This document shows, one piece after another, positions 1 through 8,504 of a stretch of DNA of 32,448 nucleotides (the stretch's first letter is position 1; every line of letters starts with the position of its first letter). This DNA comes from an uncultured Syntrophaceae bacterium. GTDB taxonomy: Bacteria > Desulfobacterota > BSN033 > UBA1163. A program made the position numbers and the translations under genes. Location: assembly GCA_964518775.1 (NCBI GenBank), contig CAZFJD010000002.1, positions 1 to 32,448 on the forward strand, in the 5' to 3' direction. Under the pieces are notes generated by a model. The model saw nothing but the letters and a program-made list of their open reading frames with translations. It made no database searches and was not told the origin of the DNA.

Positions 1-6
1 CGAATT

Positions 7-28
7 GCCTCACATTAAATGTTACCCG
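7..28. repeat. Left terminal inverted repeat of the IS
   Basis: Matches the reverse complement of 1295-1317 except for a 1-nt length difference and 2-3 mismatches in the middle. Confidence 0.75.
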
Positions 29-102
29 TTTGGTTAAGCAAAAGGTATCGTTGACTCATAATTCATGTTACCCGACAATGTCCCTTTTAAAGGGGGATTG
101 TC

Positions 103-1311
103 ATGAGTCCACGAGCCAGAATGGAATATCTCGAGACCATTTACTTAAGATACAAAAAAGCCTCGGTGAAAGAAAAGACTCTGATCCTCAACGAATTCTG
201 TTTAAACTGTGGTTATCACCGAAAACATGCGATCCGACTCCTGAATCATTTTAAGCGCTTTGTCAAGCCTAAACCTAAAAAGAGAGGCAAGCCGTCAAAA
301 TATAATAAGGCTTCGGTCTTAGGACCTTTGAAGAAAATCTGGCTGGCAGCAAACTTACCTTGCTCAAAGCGTCTGAAGGCGATTCTGCCTCTCTGGCTTC
401 CAGCTTATGTCAAAGAATTTGGTAGCCTATCCTTAGAGGTGGTTCAATCGCTACGACGGATCTCACCAGCTACTCTGGATAGGCTTTTAGAACCTGCCCG
501 GGTAAAATACAGAGGCCGGGGAAGAACCACCACGAAACCCGGCACCCTCTTGAGAAAACAGATCCCCATTAAGACCAACCAATGGGATGAGACAAAGCCA
601 GGATTCCTGGAGGCCGATACCATCGCCCATTCTGGGGAGAGTCTCCTCGGCCAGTTTGCCTATACCATAGACACCGTGGATATTGCCACCGGCTGGACAG
701 AACAAAGAGCGGTCTGGGGCAAAGGCGAAACAGAGGTCCTTAGGCAAATCCAGGATATCGAAGACTCTCTGCCTTTCCCTTTGCTTGGGTTTGACTGCGA
801 TAACGGCTCGGAGTTCTTGAATTGGCATCTGATGAGGCACTTTAACCAAAGAGATAAGCCCGTACAGTTTACCCGAAGCAGGCCCTATCACAAGGACGAT
901 AACGCCCATGTGGAACAGAAAAACTGGACCCATGTCCGGCAGTGGTTTGGATACCATCGATTAGACAAACGCGTCCTGGTTGGGCTCATGAATCACTTAT
1001 ACACCCAGGAGTGGCGGCTATACCATAACTTCTTCTTGCCCTCCGTGAAGCTGGTAGAGAAAAAATTGGTGGATGGAAAGGCCATTAAGCGTTATGATCA
1101 GCCTAAGACTCCTTACCAAAGAGTCTTAGAATCGCCCTCTGTCTCAGCTTCGGTGAAGCGTTCTCTTAAAGAACAGTTTGAAACGCTTAACCCTTTTAGG
1201 CTAAGGAAAGCGATGGAAGATAAGCTTAATACCATTTTTAAAATCTTACGTTCCCAAAAACCTATGGTCACGATACCTATTTCCTCATTCCTTTCGGGTA
1301 ACATTTATTAA
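103..1311 (+). CDS. DDE transposase, integrase-core (rve) type, IS481/ISNCY-like
   Basis: 402-aa ORF. The N-terminal HTH-like region reads ...EKTLILNEFCLNCGYHRKHAIRLLN. Candidate catalytic triad: EADTIAH, GFDCDNGSEF, NAHVEQKNW, with roughly 37 residues between the second D and the E. Confidence 0.9.
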   Translation: MSPRARMEYLETIYLRYKKASVKEKTLILNEFCLNCGYHRKHAIRLLNHFKRFVKPKPKKRGKPSKYNKASVLGPLKKIWLAANLPCSKRLKAILPLWLPAYVKEFGSLSLEVVQSLRRISPATLDRLLEPARVKYRGRGRTTTKPGTLLRKQIPIKTNQWDETKPGFLEADTIAHSGESLLGQFAYTIDTVDIATGWTEQRAVWGKGETEVLRQIQDIEDSLPFPLLGFDCDNGSEFLNWHLMRHFNQRDKPVQFTRSRPYHKDDNAHVEQKNWTHVRQWFGYHRLDKRVLVGLMNHLYTQEWRLYHNFFLPSVKLVEKKLVDGKAIKRYDQPKTPYQRVLESPSVSASVKRSLKEQFETLNPFRLRKAMEDKLNTIFKILRSQKPMVTIPISSFLSGNIY

Positions 1312-1317
1312 TGAGGC
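1295..1317. repeat. Right terminal inverted repeat of the IS (contains the transposase stop codon)
   Basis: CGGGTAACATTTATTAATGAGGC. The transposase stop TAA at 1309-1311 lies inside it. Confidence 0.75.
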
Positions 1318-1428
1318 ATCAGGTAAGAAGGAAGCGGCTTAAATCAGCTTTCTGTTGAGAGATTCACCCCTCATGAGACTTGATTCCAAGACCTGGTGTA
1401 GGTTCTTTTTTCCGGAGTAAAAAATTAC

Positions 1429-1447
1429 TGACTTCAAAATGAAGTCA
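1429..1447 (-). terminator. Terminator-like hairpin, minus-strand orientation
   Basis: TGACTTCA-aaa-TGAAGTCA is a perfect 8-bp stem. On the minus strand it is followed by GTAATTTTTT. Confidence 0.4.
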
Positions 1448-1475
1448 ATGTGATGAAGGCTTTTGACTGAAAAAT

Positions 1476-1501
1476 GGAAGCACCCAAATAATTGTGCTTC
1501 C
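1476..1501 (-). terminator. Terminator-like hairpin, minus-strand orientation
   Basis: GGAAGCAC-(10 nt)-GTGCTTCC is a perfect 8-bp stem. On the minus strand it is followed immediately by ATTTTTCAG. Confidence 0.45.
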
Positions 1502-1828
1502 CTGAGATGTCATATCGTTTTTATTGCGCTCCCTTTCTAAAAAGAATTATGGAGCAGCTTCTTGCGAATCAGAGGAGGAAAAGTTCTTGACCGAAAAATT
1601 CAGGCAGAGACGGGAAAGACTAGGAAGAATAGACGCAAACTTCTATTCTTGAGCAACTATCCTCAGAATCTCCATCTCCCTTATCATTGAGGATGCGGAA
1701 GGTTTCGCCGGGGAATTAAAATTTTATGAATTTATGGACGTCCCCCATTTTTACCCATTTTTAAAAACTGGAAAGAATGAAAATATGGCTTCATTCGCGC
1801 CATGCTTTCGGGGGCGAAGCATGAAATC

Positions 1829-2179
1829 CTAATCTTCTAGATCTTTTTCCGATTTCGAGGTCATCTCTTCTTCCAGTGTTTCATCCACCATTCGATCAGC
1901 GTCCTCCCCCAACTCCTCACCGAACTCTTTTCCCATCCTCTTCATCCACCTGGCCATACTCTTTGGATCCCTCTCATCTAAACCGGCCCATTTCGATGGC
2001 TCAGCCAAGCTCTCCAATCTGCTTTCTTCCGAACGAATCACTCTCACTTTAGAGAGGACGCGAGACATCTTTTTGCTTTTACATTTCTTGCATTGAGGAA
2101 CAAATGTCTCATCACTTTTGATCAAAAGGAACTCGGAAATCTTCCCACAGTCTTCACAACGGTATTCATAGATAGGCAT
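1829..2179 (-). CDS. FmdB-family zinc-ribbon putative regulatory protein
   Basis: The N-terminus MPIYEYRCEDCG...(19 residues)...CKKCKS is the two-CxxC zinc-ribbon signature of the FmdB/TIGR02605 family. The C-terminal tail is acidic. Confidence 0.8.
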   Translation of the reverse strand: MPIYEYRCEDCGKISEFLLIKSDETFVPQCKKCKSKKMSRVLSKVRVIRSEESRLESLAEPSKWAGLDERDPKSMARWMKRMGKEFGEELGEDADRMVDETLEEEMTSKSEKDLED

Positions 2180-3329
2180 ATCGCCCCCCTCCTTTTTTTC
2201 TGACGAAAAATTGGAAATAAAGGAGATTGATGATTCCTGTGAATGCGAGTGCGAGAAACATGGTCGTATAGTTCGTCAATTGAAGAATGATCCCCATGAT
2301 GACTGAACCCAGCCCCGACCCCAAATCTGCAAGTGCGGAGAATGTCCCCATCGCTAGTCCTCGAGAGAAACTTGCACGATCAATGACATACGCCACTAAG
2401 GTTGGGTAGAGAAAGGCGTTCCCAATACCCCAAATCACAGCCACAAGAATAAACATCGGAAGAGTCTTGGAAAAGGCGAGGGTGACCATTGAGATGATAT
2501 AAGCAATAAGGCAAGGCAGTATTACTCTTTCTCTGCTGTAAATATCCAGTATCTTTCCACCCAAAGCACGACCTAATACGTGTACAATAGCCAAGGCGCC
2601 AAAGAAGAGGCCAGGATTAGAAACTCCATGGCTCAAAGCATAGAGAGGGAAAAAAGCTAATATGGCCCCCCAGACGATATTCACCATGAAGGCCATGATG
2701 GAGGATGGGAGGGCCTCGCGACTAACAAAGGATTGGTCCCGAAAGGATGAATAGGGCAATGGATCGACTTTCCTTTTTTCTAAATTGGTGGTGATGAATA
2801 GAGAGCTTAAGGATAATCCAGTGCAAACTAAAAAGAGGATGGTGAAGTTGAAGAGGTTAATGAGGAGCATTCCGAAGTAGGGAGCCAGAACAAAAGCGAT
2901 ATTGATAGCAAGATAGTAGTAACTCAGGCTTTGTCCCCGATGAGCCTCCGGGCTGATATTAGCGATCAATGTGAATGAGGCGGTTGAGAAGAAAGCTAGC
3001 CCCATTCCCTGAAGGACTCTTACGATAAAAAAGGGCCAAAATGGTGATGCCAAAAGATAGGCAATGGAGGAGAACGCATAAAGGATGGCCCCAGCGATCA
3101 TGAAATTTCTCTCCGGAATTTTTAAGAGGGCTCTTCCAATAAAAGGCCTGAGAATTAACGAGGAAACACTGAAGGTTCCAATGAGAACACCAATTTCTGC
3201 TTCAGGGGATCCTGATCTCGAAAGGTAGATTGGCAGAGTGGGGATCAGGATGCAGAAAACGGATGAGAAAGCAAATTGAGCAAAGAAACTGAGCAGAAAA
3301 TCACGGGTCAATATCTTCTGCGTCGGCAT
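2166..3329 (-). CDS. MFS transporter
   Basis: About 12 hydrophobic helices and loop motifs such as GRALLKIPERNFM. The longest ORF runs to 3488, but that 53-aa extension is non-membrane and has no RBS. The ATG at 3329 gives a typical MFS N-terminus, MPTQKILTRDFLLSFFAQF. The 3' end overlaps the FmdB gene by 14 nt. Confidence 0.85.
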   Translation of the reverse strand: MPTQKILTRDFLLSFFAQFAFSSVFCILIPTLPIYLSRSGSPEAEIGVLIGTFSVSSLILRPFIGRALLKIPERNFMIAGAILYAFSSIAYLLASPFWPFFIVRVLQGMGLAFFSTASFTLIANISPEAHRGQSLSYYYLAINIAFVLAPYFGMLLINLFNFTILFLVCTGLSLSSLFITTNLEKRKVDPLPYSSFRDQSFVSREALPSSIMAFMVNIVWGAILAFFPLYALSHGVSNPGLFFGALAIVHVLGRALGGKILDIYSRERVILPCLIAYIISMVTLAFSKTLPMFILVAVIWGIGNAFLYPTLVAYVIDRASFSRGLAMGTFSALADLGSGLGSVIMGIILQLTNYTTMFLALAFTGIINLLYFQFFVRKKGGGRYAYL

Positions 3330-3514
3330 AGGATAAGGGATTTCCCTCCTGTTGCTTCTTATTTTATATCTTATGGCGAGTTTGTAAAGGGGATTCGATC
3401 CCGTGGCGATGGGAGGATGGATCTTTTCAGGAAAGTTTAAATTGACGAAACTTGTTGCAATCGTTAAACTGCCAATCGTTGAACTCATTTCATGAATAAG
3501 GAGGTATCGCTGGT

Positions 3515-4303
3515 ATGGAGTACTCCACTCTTCTTTTCGATGTCCGAGACAATATCGCTCATATCACACTCAACCGACCACAAGCAGCCAATTCGATTAA
3601 CGAAGAAATGAGCAGGGATCTGATGCATGCGGTGTTGCGCTGTGACGAAGATCCAGAGATTCGAGCGGTCATCCTCTCAGGAGCGGGGAAGATCTTCTGC
3701 GGCGGCGGTGATCTGAAGGACTTCCGTGGCCGGGGCCAGAACCTGCCCTATTATCTTAAGGAAGTAACCACCTACTTGCATGCTGCCATGTCACGCATGA
3801 TGCGGATGGACCCACCCGTGGTCGGTGCTGTCCATGGAGCCGCTGCTGGAGCAGGGATGAGCCTGGCCATCGCTTGCGATATTGTCATCGCGGCTGAGAC
3901 GACCCGGTTCACGGTCGCATACACCCGGATTGGGCTGACGCCGGATGGCTCTGCGAGCTACTTTCTTCCCCGAATTGTCGGTCTCAGACGTGCGCTGGAG
4001 CTCACACTAACTAACCGAATGCTCTCTGCGCAGGAGGCCTTGGAGTGGGGCATTGTCACCCGGGTTGTGCCGGAGGACGAGTTGCTCATTCAAGCAGAGG
4101 CTATTGCTAGGCAGCTTGCCGCTGGCCCGACGCGTGCACTTGGAGTGTCCAAGCGGTTGCTCCATAGCGGCTGGACCGAGACGTTGGAGACACAGATGGA
4201 GCACGAAAGCCAATCGATTGCCAACAGTGCACGCACTGCAGACGCTCGTGAAGGTATGGCCGCCTTTCTCGAAAAACGGTCGCCGAAGTTCAAAGGGAAA
4301 TGA
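3515..4303 (+). CDS. Enoyl-CoA hydratase/isomerase (crotonase) family protein
   Basis: 262 aa. Crotonase hallmarks are present: ...FCGGGDLKDF... and GAAAGAGMSLAIACD (oxyanion-hole regions). RBS AAGGAGG lies upstream. Confidence 0.9.
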   Translation: MEYSTLLFDVRDNIAHITLNRPQAANSINEEMSRDLMHAVLRCDEDPEIRAVILSGAGKIFCGGGDLKDFRGRGQNLPYYLKEVTTYLHAAMSRMMRMDPPVVGAVHGAAAGAGMSLAIACDIVIAAETTRFTVAYTRIGLTPDGSASYFLPRIVGLRRALELTLTNRMLSAQEALEWGIVTRVVPEDELLIQAEAIARQLAAGPTRALGVSKRLLHSGWTETLETQMEHESQSIANSARTADAREGMAAFLEKRSPKFKGK

Positions 4304-4496
4304 TCCTTGGTTGATTCGGTTTCTCCAGTCAGTTTGGTTTCCTTAGTTAACCCAATAAACCCGAGAGCCAAGGAAACTAAATGAACTGAGGGTTAAAGAC
4401 GCTTGAAGTTCTCCTTGGCAAGTTTTAGAATTTAGCACTTCGCGAAACATCGTTGAGGTTCTGCAAGTATATTCCGAATTGAGAAGAGGTCTCAAC

Positions 4497-6056
4497 ATGC
4501 AAAAAGCGGTCATCAAGGCTAATATCGTTGTATTTATCGCCAGTTTTTGCACGCTCGTCATTGAACTGATTGCAGGAAGGATCATGGCGCCCTATGTCGG
4601 TGTCTCCCTTTACACGTGGACAAGCATCATCGGTGTGGTCCTTGCCGGCATCAGCATTGGTGCCTACCTGGGAGGATTGATCGCGGATCGGTATCCTCGG
4701 TCTTCAACCCTGGGTTGGCTTCTCTTTCTTTCTGGATTAGGGGCATTCTCCATTTCGCCTCTGACCAATCTCATCGGTGCAGCCCAATTTCAAACCAGCT
4801 TGATGATCCGAATCCTCCTGATCACCACCATTATCTTCTTAGTCCCTTCCTGCATCCTTGGGATGATCTCGCCTGTCGTGGTCAAACTGACCCTCAACAA
4901 TCTGGAGAAGACTGGCAATGTGGTTGGAAAGATCTATGCCTTCTCCACTCTCGGATCCATTCTCGGGACATTCGCCACAGGATTCTTCCTCATCTCATGG
5001 ATGGGGACTCGCCAAATCCTCTTCACCGTGGGGATCATCCTCATTCTCTCGGCTCTCATCTTTGGAGGTTTCTTTGCGAGAAAAAAGGTTCTTGCTCTCT
5101 TCTTCGCCATTCTCATTCCTTTGTTATGGGCATTTTATGGATACGCCTTTAAGGCGCCACTGGACGAAGAGACCTACTTTTTTAATGAGAGCGATTACTA
5201 TACGATCAAGTTGAAGAGGGATTCGACTCGAAGTGGAGGGGGTCCCTTAGAGGCTCTGGTTCTTGATCATCTCGTCCATTCTTATACGGACCTGAATGAT
5301 CCGTTTTATCTCGAGTACGAATATATTCGGATCTATGAGGAAGTTGTGAGATGGCAGGCAAGCAAAAGGAAATCCTTTAAAGCCCTCTTCATTGGCGGTG
5401 GGGGTTATACGTTTCCACGTTTTGTCGAGGCAAAATATTCAAAGGCGGTGATCGATGTGGTGGAGATCGACCCGGAGGTGACTCGCGCGGTCAAGAAATA
5501 TCTTGGAATCTCAGAGGATACCAGGATTCGTTCCTTCAATGAAGATGGCCGATGGTTTGTGATGAACTGCAAGGAACAAGGAAGCTACGATTTTATATTT
5601 GGAGATGCTTTTAACGATCTCTCGATTCCCTATCACCTGACCACAAAAGAATTTGCCATGCAATTGAAAGCGCTTCTCAAGCCGGATGGATTGCTTCTGG
5701 CCAATGTGATTGACAGTTTCAAAAAGGGGGCCTTCATGCCTTCCTATATCCGAACTTTGGAAGAGGTTTTTGGGAAAGGAAATGTCCATCTCATCACGCT
5801 CAGCTCCGATTACGATCACATCGGGATCAGCACCTTTGTGGTGGTGGCGAGTCCCCAGAGATTGGAAATGGATGATTTCGTCAAGGCCGTGAAAGGGAAG
5901 GACGAAAGAGAGATGACCTCCCACGTCATGCCTCAAGATCGACTCCAGCAATATCTGAAGGAACGTTATTCTGTGATCCTCACCGACGATTATGTCCCAG
6001 CAGACAACTTGATCGCCCCCATTTTTGAAGAACGGTTCGGCTATCAAAGACAATAA
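4497..6056 (+). CDS. Membrane-fused spermidine/spermine-synthase-like protein (N-terminal multi-TM domain plus C-terminal class I methyltransferase-fold domain)
   Basis: The N-terminal half has about 7 TM helices. The C-terminal half carries LFIGGGGYTFPRF...VVEIDPEV...GDAFND, typical of the spermidine synthase fold. The track ORF starts at TTG 4479. ATG 4497 has GAGAAGAGG upstream. Confidence 0.8.
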   Translation: MQKAVIKANIVVFIASFCTLVIELIAGRIMAPYVGVSLYTWTSIIGVVLAGISIGAYLGGLIADRYPRSSTLGWLLFLSGLGAFSISPLTNLIGAAQFQTSLMIRILLITTIIFLVPSCILGMISPVVVKLTLNNLEKTGNVVGKIYAFSTLGSILGTFATGFFLISWMGTRQILFTVGIILILSALIFGGFFARKKVLALFFAILIPLLWAFYGYAFKAPLDEETYFFNESDYYTIKLKRDSTRSGGGPLEALVLDHLVHSYTDLNDPFYLEYEYIRIYEEVVRWQASKRKSFKALFIGGGGYTFPRFVEAKYSKAVIDVVEIDPEVTRAVKKYLGISEDTRIRSFNEDGRWFVMNCKEQGSYDFIFGDAFNDLSIPYHLTTKEFAMQLKALLKPDGLLLANVIDSFKKGAFMPSYIRTLEEVFGKGNVHLITLSSDYDHIGISTFVVVASPQRLEMDDFVKAVKGKDEREMTSHVMPQDRLQQYLKERYSVILTDDYVPADNLIAPIFEERFGYQRQ

Positions 6057-6150
6057 ATGATCTTAAATTTAAACCCTGTGCCTACATCTATCCAAAATTT
6101 ATTAAATTTTCAATTATCTATAAAAATTTTACTAATTAGGATTTTTTATG

Positions 6151-6179
6151 TTGACAATTGGTCTTATGTATTATATATG
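6151..6179 (+). promoter_or_regulatory. Sigma70-like promoter candidate overlapping an inverted repeat
   Basis: TTGACA at 6151-6156. TATATA at 6172-6177 gives a 15-nt spacer; TATATG at 6174-6179 gives a 17-nt spacer. ATTGGTC (6157-6163) and GACCAAT (6179-6185) form an inverted repeat across the spacer. Confidence 0.4.
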
Positions 6180-6466
6180 ACCAATCATGTCCTGCCAATC
6201 GAATTTATTGCTCCTCTTAAATCAAAAAGAACCTTTGAAGAAATTGCAGATCAAATCAGGGAATTAATCTACTCTGGAGTATTTAAACCTGGTGAATTGG
6301 AAAAATCATTTTAGAGTTTGTCTTTCAAAGGACCGAGGAAGACGATCTTGCTTTGCCGAGAATGAATCTCGAGGATGCTGAGCAACAGGTTCTTAAAAAA
6401 GTGAGACCACTCGAGGAACATTTGAATTTCCATAGAAGGGTGAAACGAAGGCACCCCAATGCTTGA
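6177..6466 (+). pseudogene. Decayed GntR/FadR-family regulator remnant (frameshifted and internally deleted)
   Basis: 6177-6314 encodes MTNHVLPIEFIAPLKSKRTFEEIADQIRELIYSGVFKPGE, the start of a GntR wHTH, then stops. A different frame at 6317-6466 encodes ...EEDDLALPRMNLEDAEQQVLKKVRPLEEHLNFHRRV..., which resembles the FCD-domain stretch around D..FH in the intact GntR at 17424. Confidence 0.35.
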
Positions 6467-6496
6467 AAGAATTGGGACAGTCTATTATCCATTGGT

Positions 6497-6961
6497 ATGA
6501 GAAAACTTAATTTAAGTGGCATCTTCTGGCTCCTGCTTGGAATTGCCATCTGTGTCCAATCTGTTTATCTCAAAATAGGGGAGCTACGTAAGCCTGGTCC
6601 AGGTTTTATGCCTTTTTTATCAGGGGCCTTCTTGGGGCTGTTTGGGTTAATTCTGACGTTAACTTCTATTTCAAGAAAATTTAGAGAAGAGGAGGAAGTA
6701 GAGAGTCTAAGGATTTGGGCGAAAGGAAATTGGGGGAATTTTTTCTTCCCTTTAATCGCTTTATTTGGCTATTTGCTATTATTAAAACCTTTAGGATTCA
6801 TCCTCACCACTTTTATATTTCTTTTCTTTCTATTTAAGCTAAAAGAGCCAAAGAGATGGGGTATGCCTTTCATTTTCTCTGTCTGCACTGTTATCTTAAG
6901 TTACCTCATCTTTTCCGTATGGCTTAAATGCCAATTTCCAAAAGGGATATTTGGACCCTGA
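6497..6961 (+). CDS. tctB: Tripartite tricarboxylate transporter small membrane subunit TctB
   Basis: 154 aa with 4 TM helices, immediately upstream of TctA. The stop overlaps the TctA start (TGATG). Confidence 0.85.
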   Translation: MRKLNLSGIFWLLLGIAICVQSVYLKIGELRKPGPGFMPFLSGAFLGLFGLILTLTSISRKFREEEEVESLRIWAKGNWGNFFFPLIALFGYLLLLKPLGFILTTFIFLFFLFKLKEPKRWGMPFIFSVCTVILSYLIFSVWLKCQFPKGIFGP

Positions 6962-8460
6962 TGACAGATTTCGTACAAAATATTTTATTGGGTTATCATA
7001 TCGCTTTCTCTTTCACCAATTTATTGTATTGTTTTATAGGCGTCTTCATTGGAACTCTGATCGGAGTTCTTCCGGGAATTGGCCCTGCCGGAGCTATCTC
7101 ATTGCTTTTACCCGTCACCTTCGGCATCAGTCCTGTTTCAGCCATTATTATGTTGGCAGGGATTTACTATGGATCCCAATATGGAGGATCGACGACCTCC
7201 ATTTTGGTTAATATTCCTGGAGAATCTTCATCAGTCGTCACCTGTTTGGACGGATATCGAATGGCCCGCCAGGGCCGAGCAGGTCCTGCCTTAGGAATAG
7301 CGGCCTTCGGTTCTTTTATTGCAGGGACCATTGGAGTAATCATCTTGATGTTTTTAGCAAAACCCTTATCAAGCGTTGCGATTAAGTTTGGTCCGCCTGA
7401 ATACTCTTCTTTGATGATTCTTGCACTCACGATCCTAACCTATCTTGCCCACGGTTCAATGATCAAAGCAATCATCATGGCTGCCTTGGGGGTTAGTTTA
7501 AGCCAGATTGGACTTGATATTGTCACGGGGCAATCAAGATTTACCTTTGGGATAATGGATCTTGAGGATGGAGTTGGTTTAGTGCCACTGGTCATGGGTC
7601 TTTTTGGTATTGGTGAAGTATTAGTCAATCTTGAAGAATCAATCGATCTCGAGATCTTTAAAGAGAAGATTAAAGGATTATTACCCAATTTAAAAGATTG
7701 GATGGATTCGATAGGTGCCATCATTCGAGGGACTTTTTTAGGGTTCTTTTTAGGTGTATTGCCAGGGGGTGGAGCCATTATTTCTTCGTTCGTTTCATAT
7801 GCCGTGGAGAAGAGGGTATCAAAACACCCTGAAAAGTTTGGAACAGGGGTGATCGAGGGTGTGGCAGGACCAGAGTCTGCTAACAATTCAGCAACCTCAG
7901 GAGCTTTTATTCCGCTTTTTACTCTTGGCATCCCTTCCAATGCAGTCATGGCCCTGCTTTTAGGAGCCTTGATGATTCACGGATTGCAGCCTGGGCCCCT
8001 TTTGCTTAAACAGCGGCCAGAGATCTTTTGGGGGACTGTCATGAGCATGTATATAGGGAATGGGATGTTGCTCATTTTAAATCTTCCCCTGATCGGCCTA
8101 TGGGTGAAGATATTGAAAGTCCCTTACCGGATTCTTTTCCCTTTGATTCTTTTCTTTTGCATTATTGGATCTTATAGCATTAACAACAGTACATTTGATG
8201 TTTTCATGATGCTCGTCTTTGGGATCGTCGGTTATCTTTTTAGAAAATTTAAATATGAACCTGCGCCCTTGGTATTAGCATTTATTTTGGGGCCTATGCT
8301 TGAGAATGCCCTACGTCAGTCTCTTCTAATATCAGGTGGAGATTTTTTGATTTTTTTTACTCGGCCCATTTCAGCGACAAGCTTAATGATCGCTTCCATA
8401 CTTTTGGTGACCGCAATTTTTTGGAAAAGGCATAGAAAAATCATAGCAAGAATGAGATGA
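6961..8460 (+). CDS. tctA: Tripartite tricarboxylate transporter large permease TctA
   Basis: About 500 aa polytopic protein with typical TctA stretches (GVLPGIGPAGAISLLLP, GYRMARQGRAGPALGIAA, LGVLPGGGA). ATG 6961 is preferred over the TTG/ATG-extended ORF start at 6928 because of translational coupling. Confidence 0.9.
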   Translation: MTDFVQNILLGYHIAFSFTNLLYCFIGVFIGTLIGVLPGIGPAGAISLLLPVTFGISPVSAIIMLAGIYYGSQYGGSTTSILVNIPGESSSVVTCLDGYRMARQGRAGPALGIAAFGSFIAGTIGVIILMFLAKPLSSVAIKFGPPEYSSLMILALTILTYLAHGSMIKAIIMAALGVSLSQIGLDIVTGQSRFTFGIMDLEDGVGLVPLVMGLFGIGEVLVNLEESIDLEIFKEKIKGLLPNLKDWMDSIGAIIRGTFLGFFLGVLPGGGAIISSFVSYAVEKRVSKHPEKFGTGVIEGVAGPESANNSATSGAFIPLFTLGIPSNAVMALLLGALMIHGLQPGPLLLKQRPEIFWGTVMSMYIGNGMLLILNLPLIGLWVKILKVPYRILFPLILFFCIIGSYSINNSTFDVFMMLVFGIVGYLFRKFKYEPAPLVLAFILGPMLENALRQSLLISGGDFLIFFTRPISATSLMIASILLVTAIFWKRHRKIIARMR

Positions 8461-8504
8461 TCATCATCGTTCGAATCATCATTTAAAAGAAAGGAGGAGA
8501 AAAG

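Larger units (their letters stand above)
7..1317 (+). mobile_element. Complete insertion sequence: one rve-type DDE transposase gene bounded by imperfect ~22-bp terminal inverted repeats
   Basis: IRL 7-28 is GCCTCACATTAAATGTTACCCG. The reverse complement of 1295-1317 is GCCTCATTAATAAATGTTACCCG. They share GCCTCA and TAAATGTTACCCG. A single 402-aa ORF fills the interval. Confidence 0.8.

Noticed and set aside
30-254. 74-aa plus-strand ORF at the left end of the IS
   Set aside because: It overlaps the transposase gene in another frame and starts just past the left inverted repeat (7-28). It has no recognisable family. The 402-aa transposase frame explains the coding signal.
487-957. 156-aa minus-strand ORF inside the transposase gene
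   Set aside because: It is an antisense shadow of a well-supported CDS, with low-complexity composition and no motifs.
3330-3488. 53-aa N-terminal extension of the MFS ORF
   Set aside because: The extension is not hydrophobic and has no RBS. It would also erase the divergent promoter region shared with the crotonase gene. ATG 3329 gives a canonical MFS N-terminus.
5511-6053. 180-aa minus-strand ORF opposite the spermidine-synthase-like gene, plus the alternative plus-strand frames at 4616-5214
   Set aside because: These are shadow frames of a CDS with clear family motifs, and none has motifs of its own.
6057-6176. First 40 codons of the 85-aa ORF at 6057-6314
   Set aside because: This stretch is extremely AT-rich and low-complexity (MILNLNPVPTSIQNLLNF...) and contains a promoter-like TTGACA. 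Only the part from 6177 onward resembles a GntR N-terminus, so the long ORF is not treated as a real gene.
7440-7949. 169-aa minus-strand ORF inside tctA, and smaller frames at 6951-7430
   Set aside because: These are antisense or alternative-frame shadows of a polytopic permease gene.
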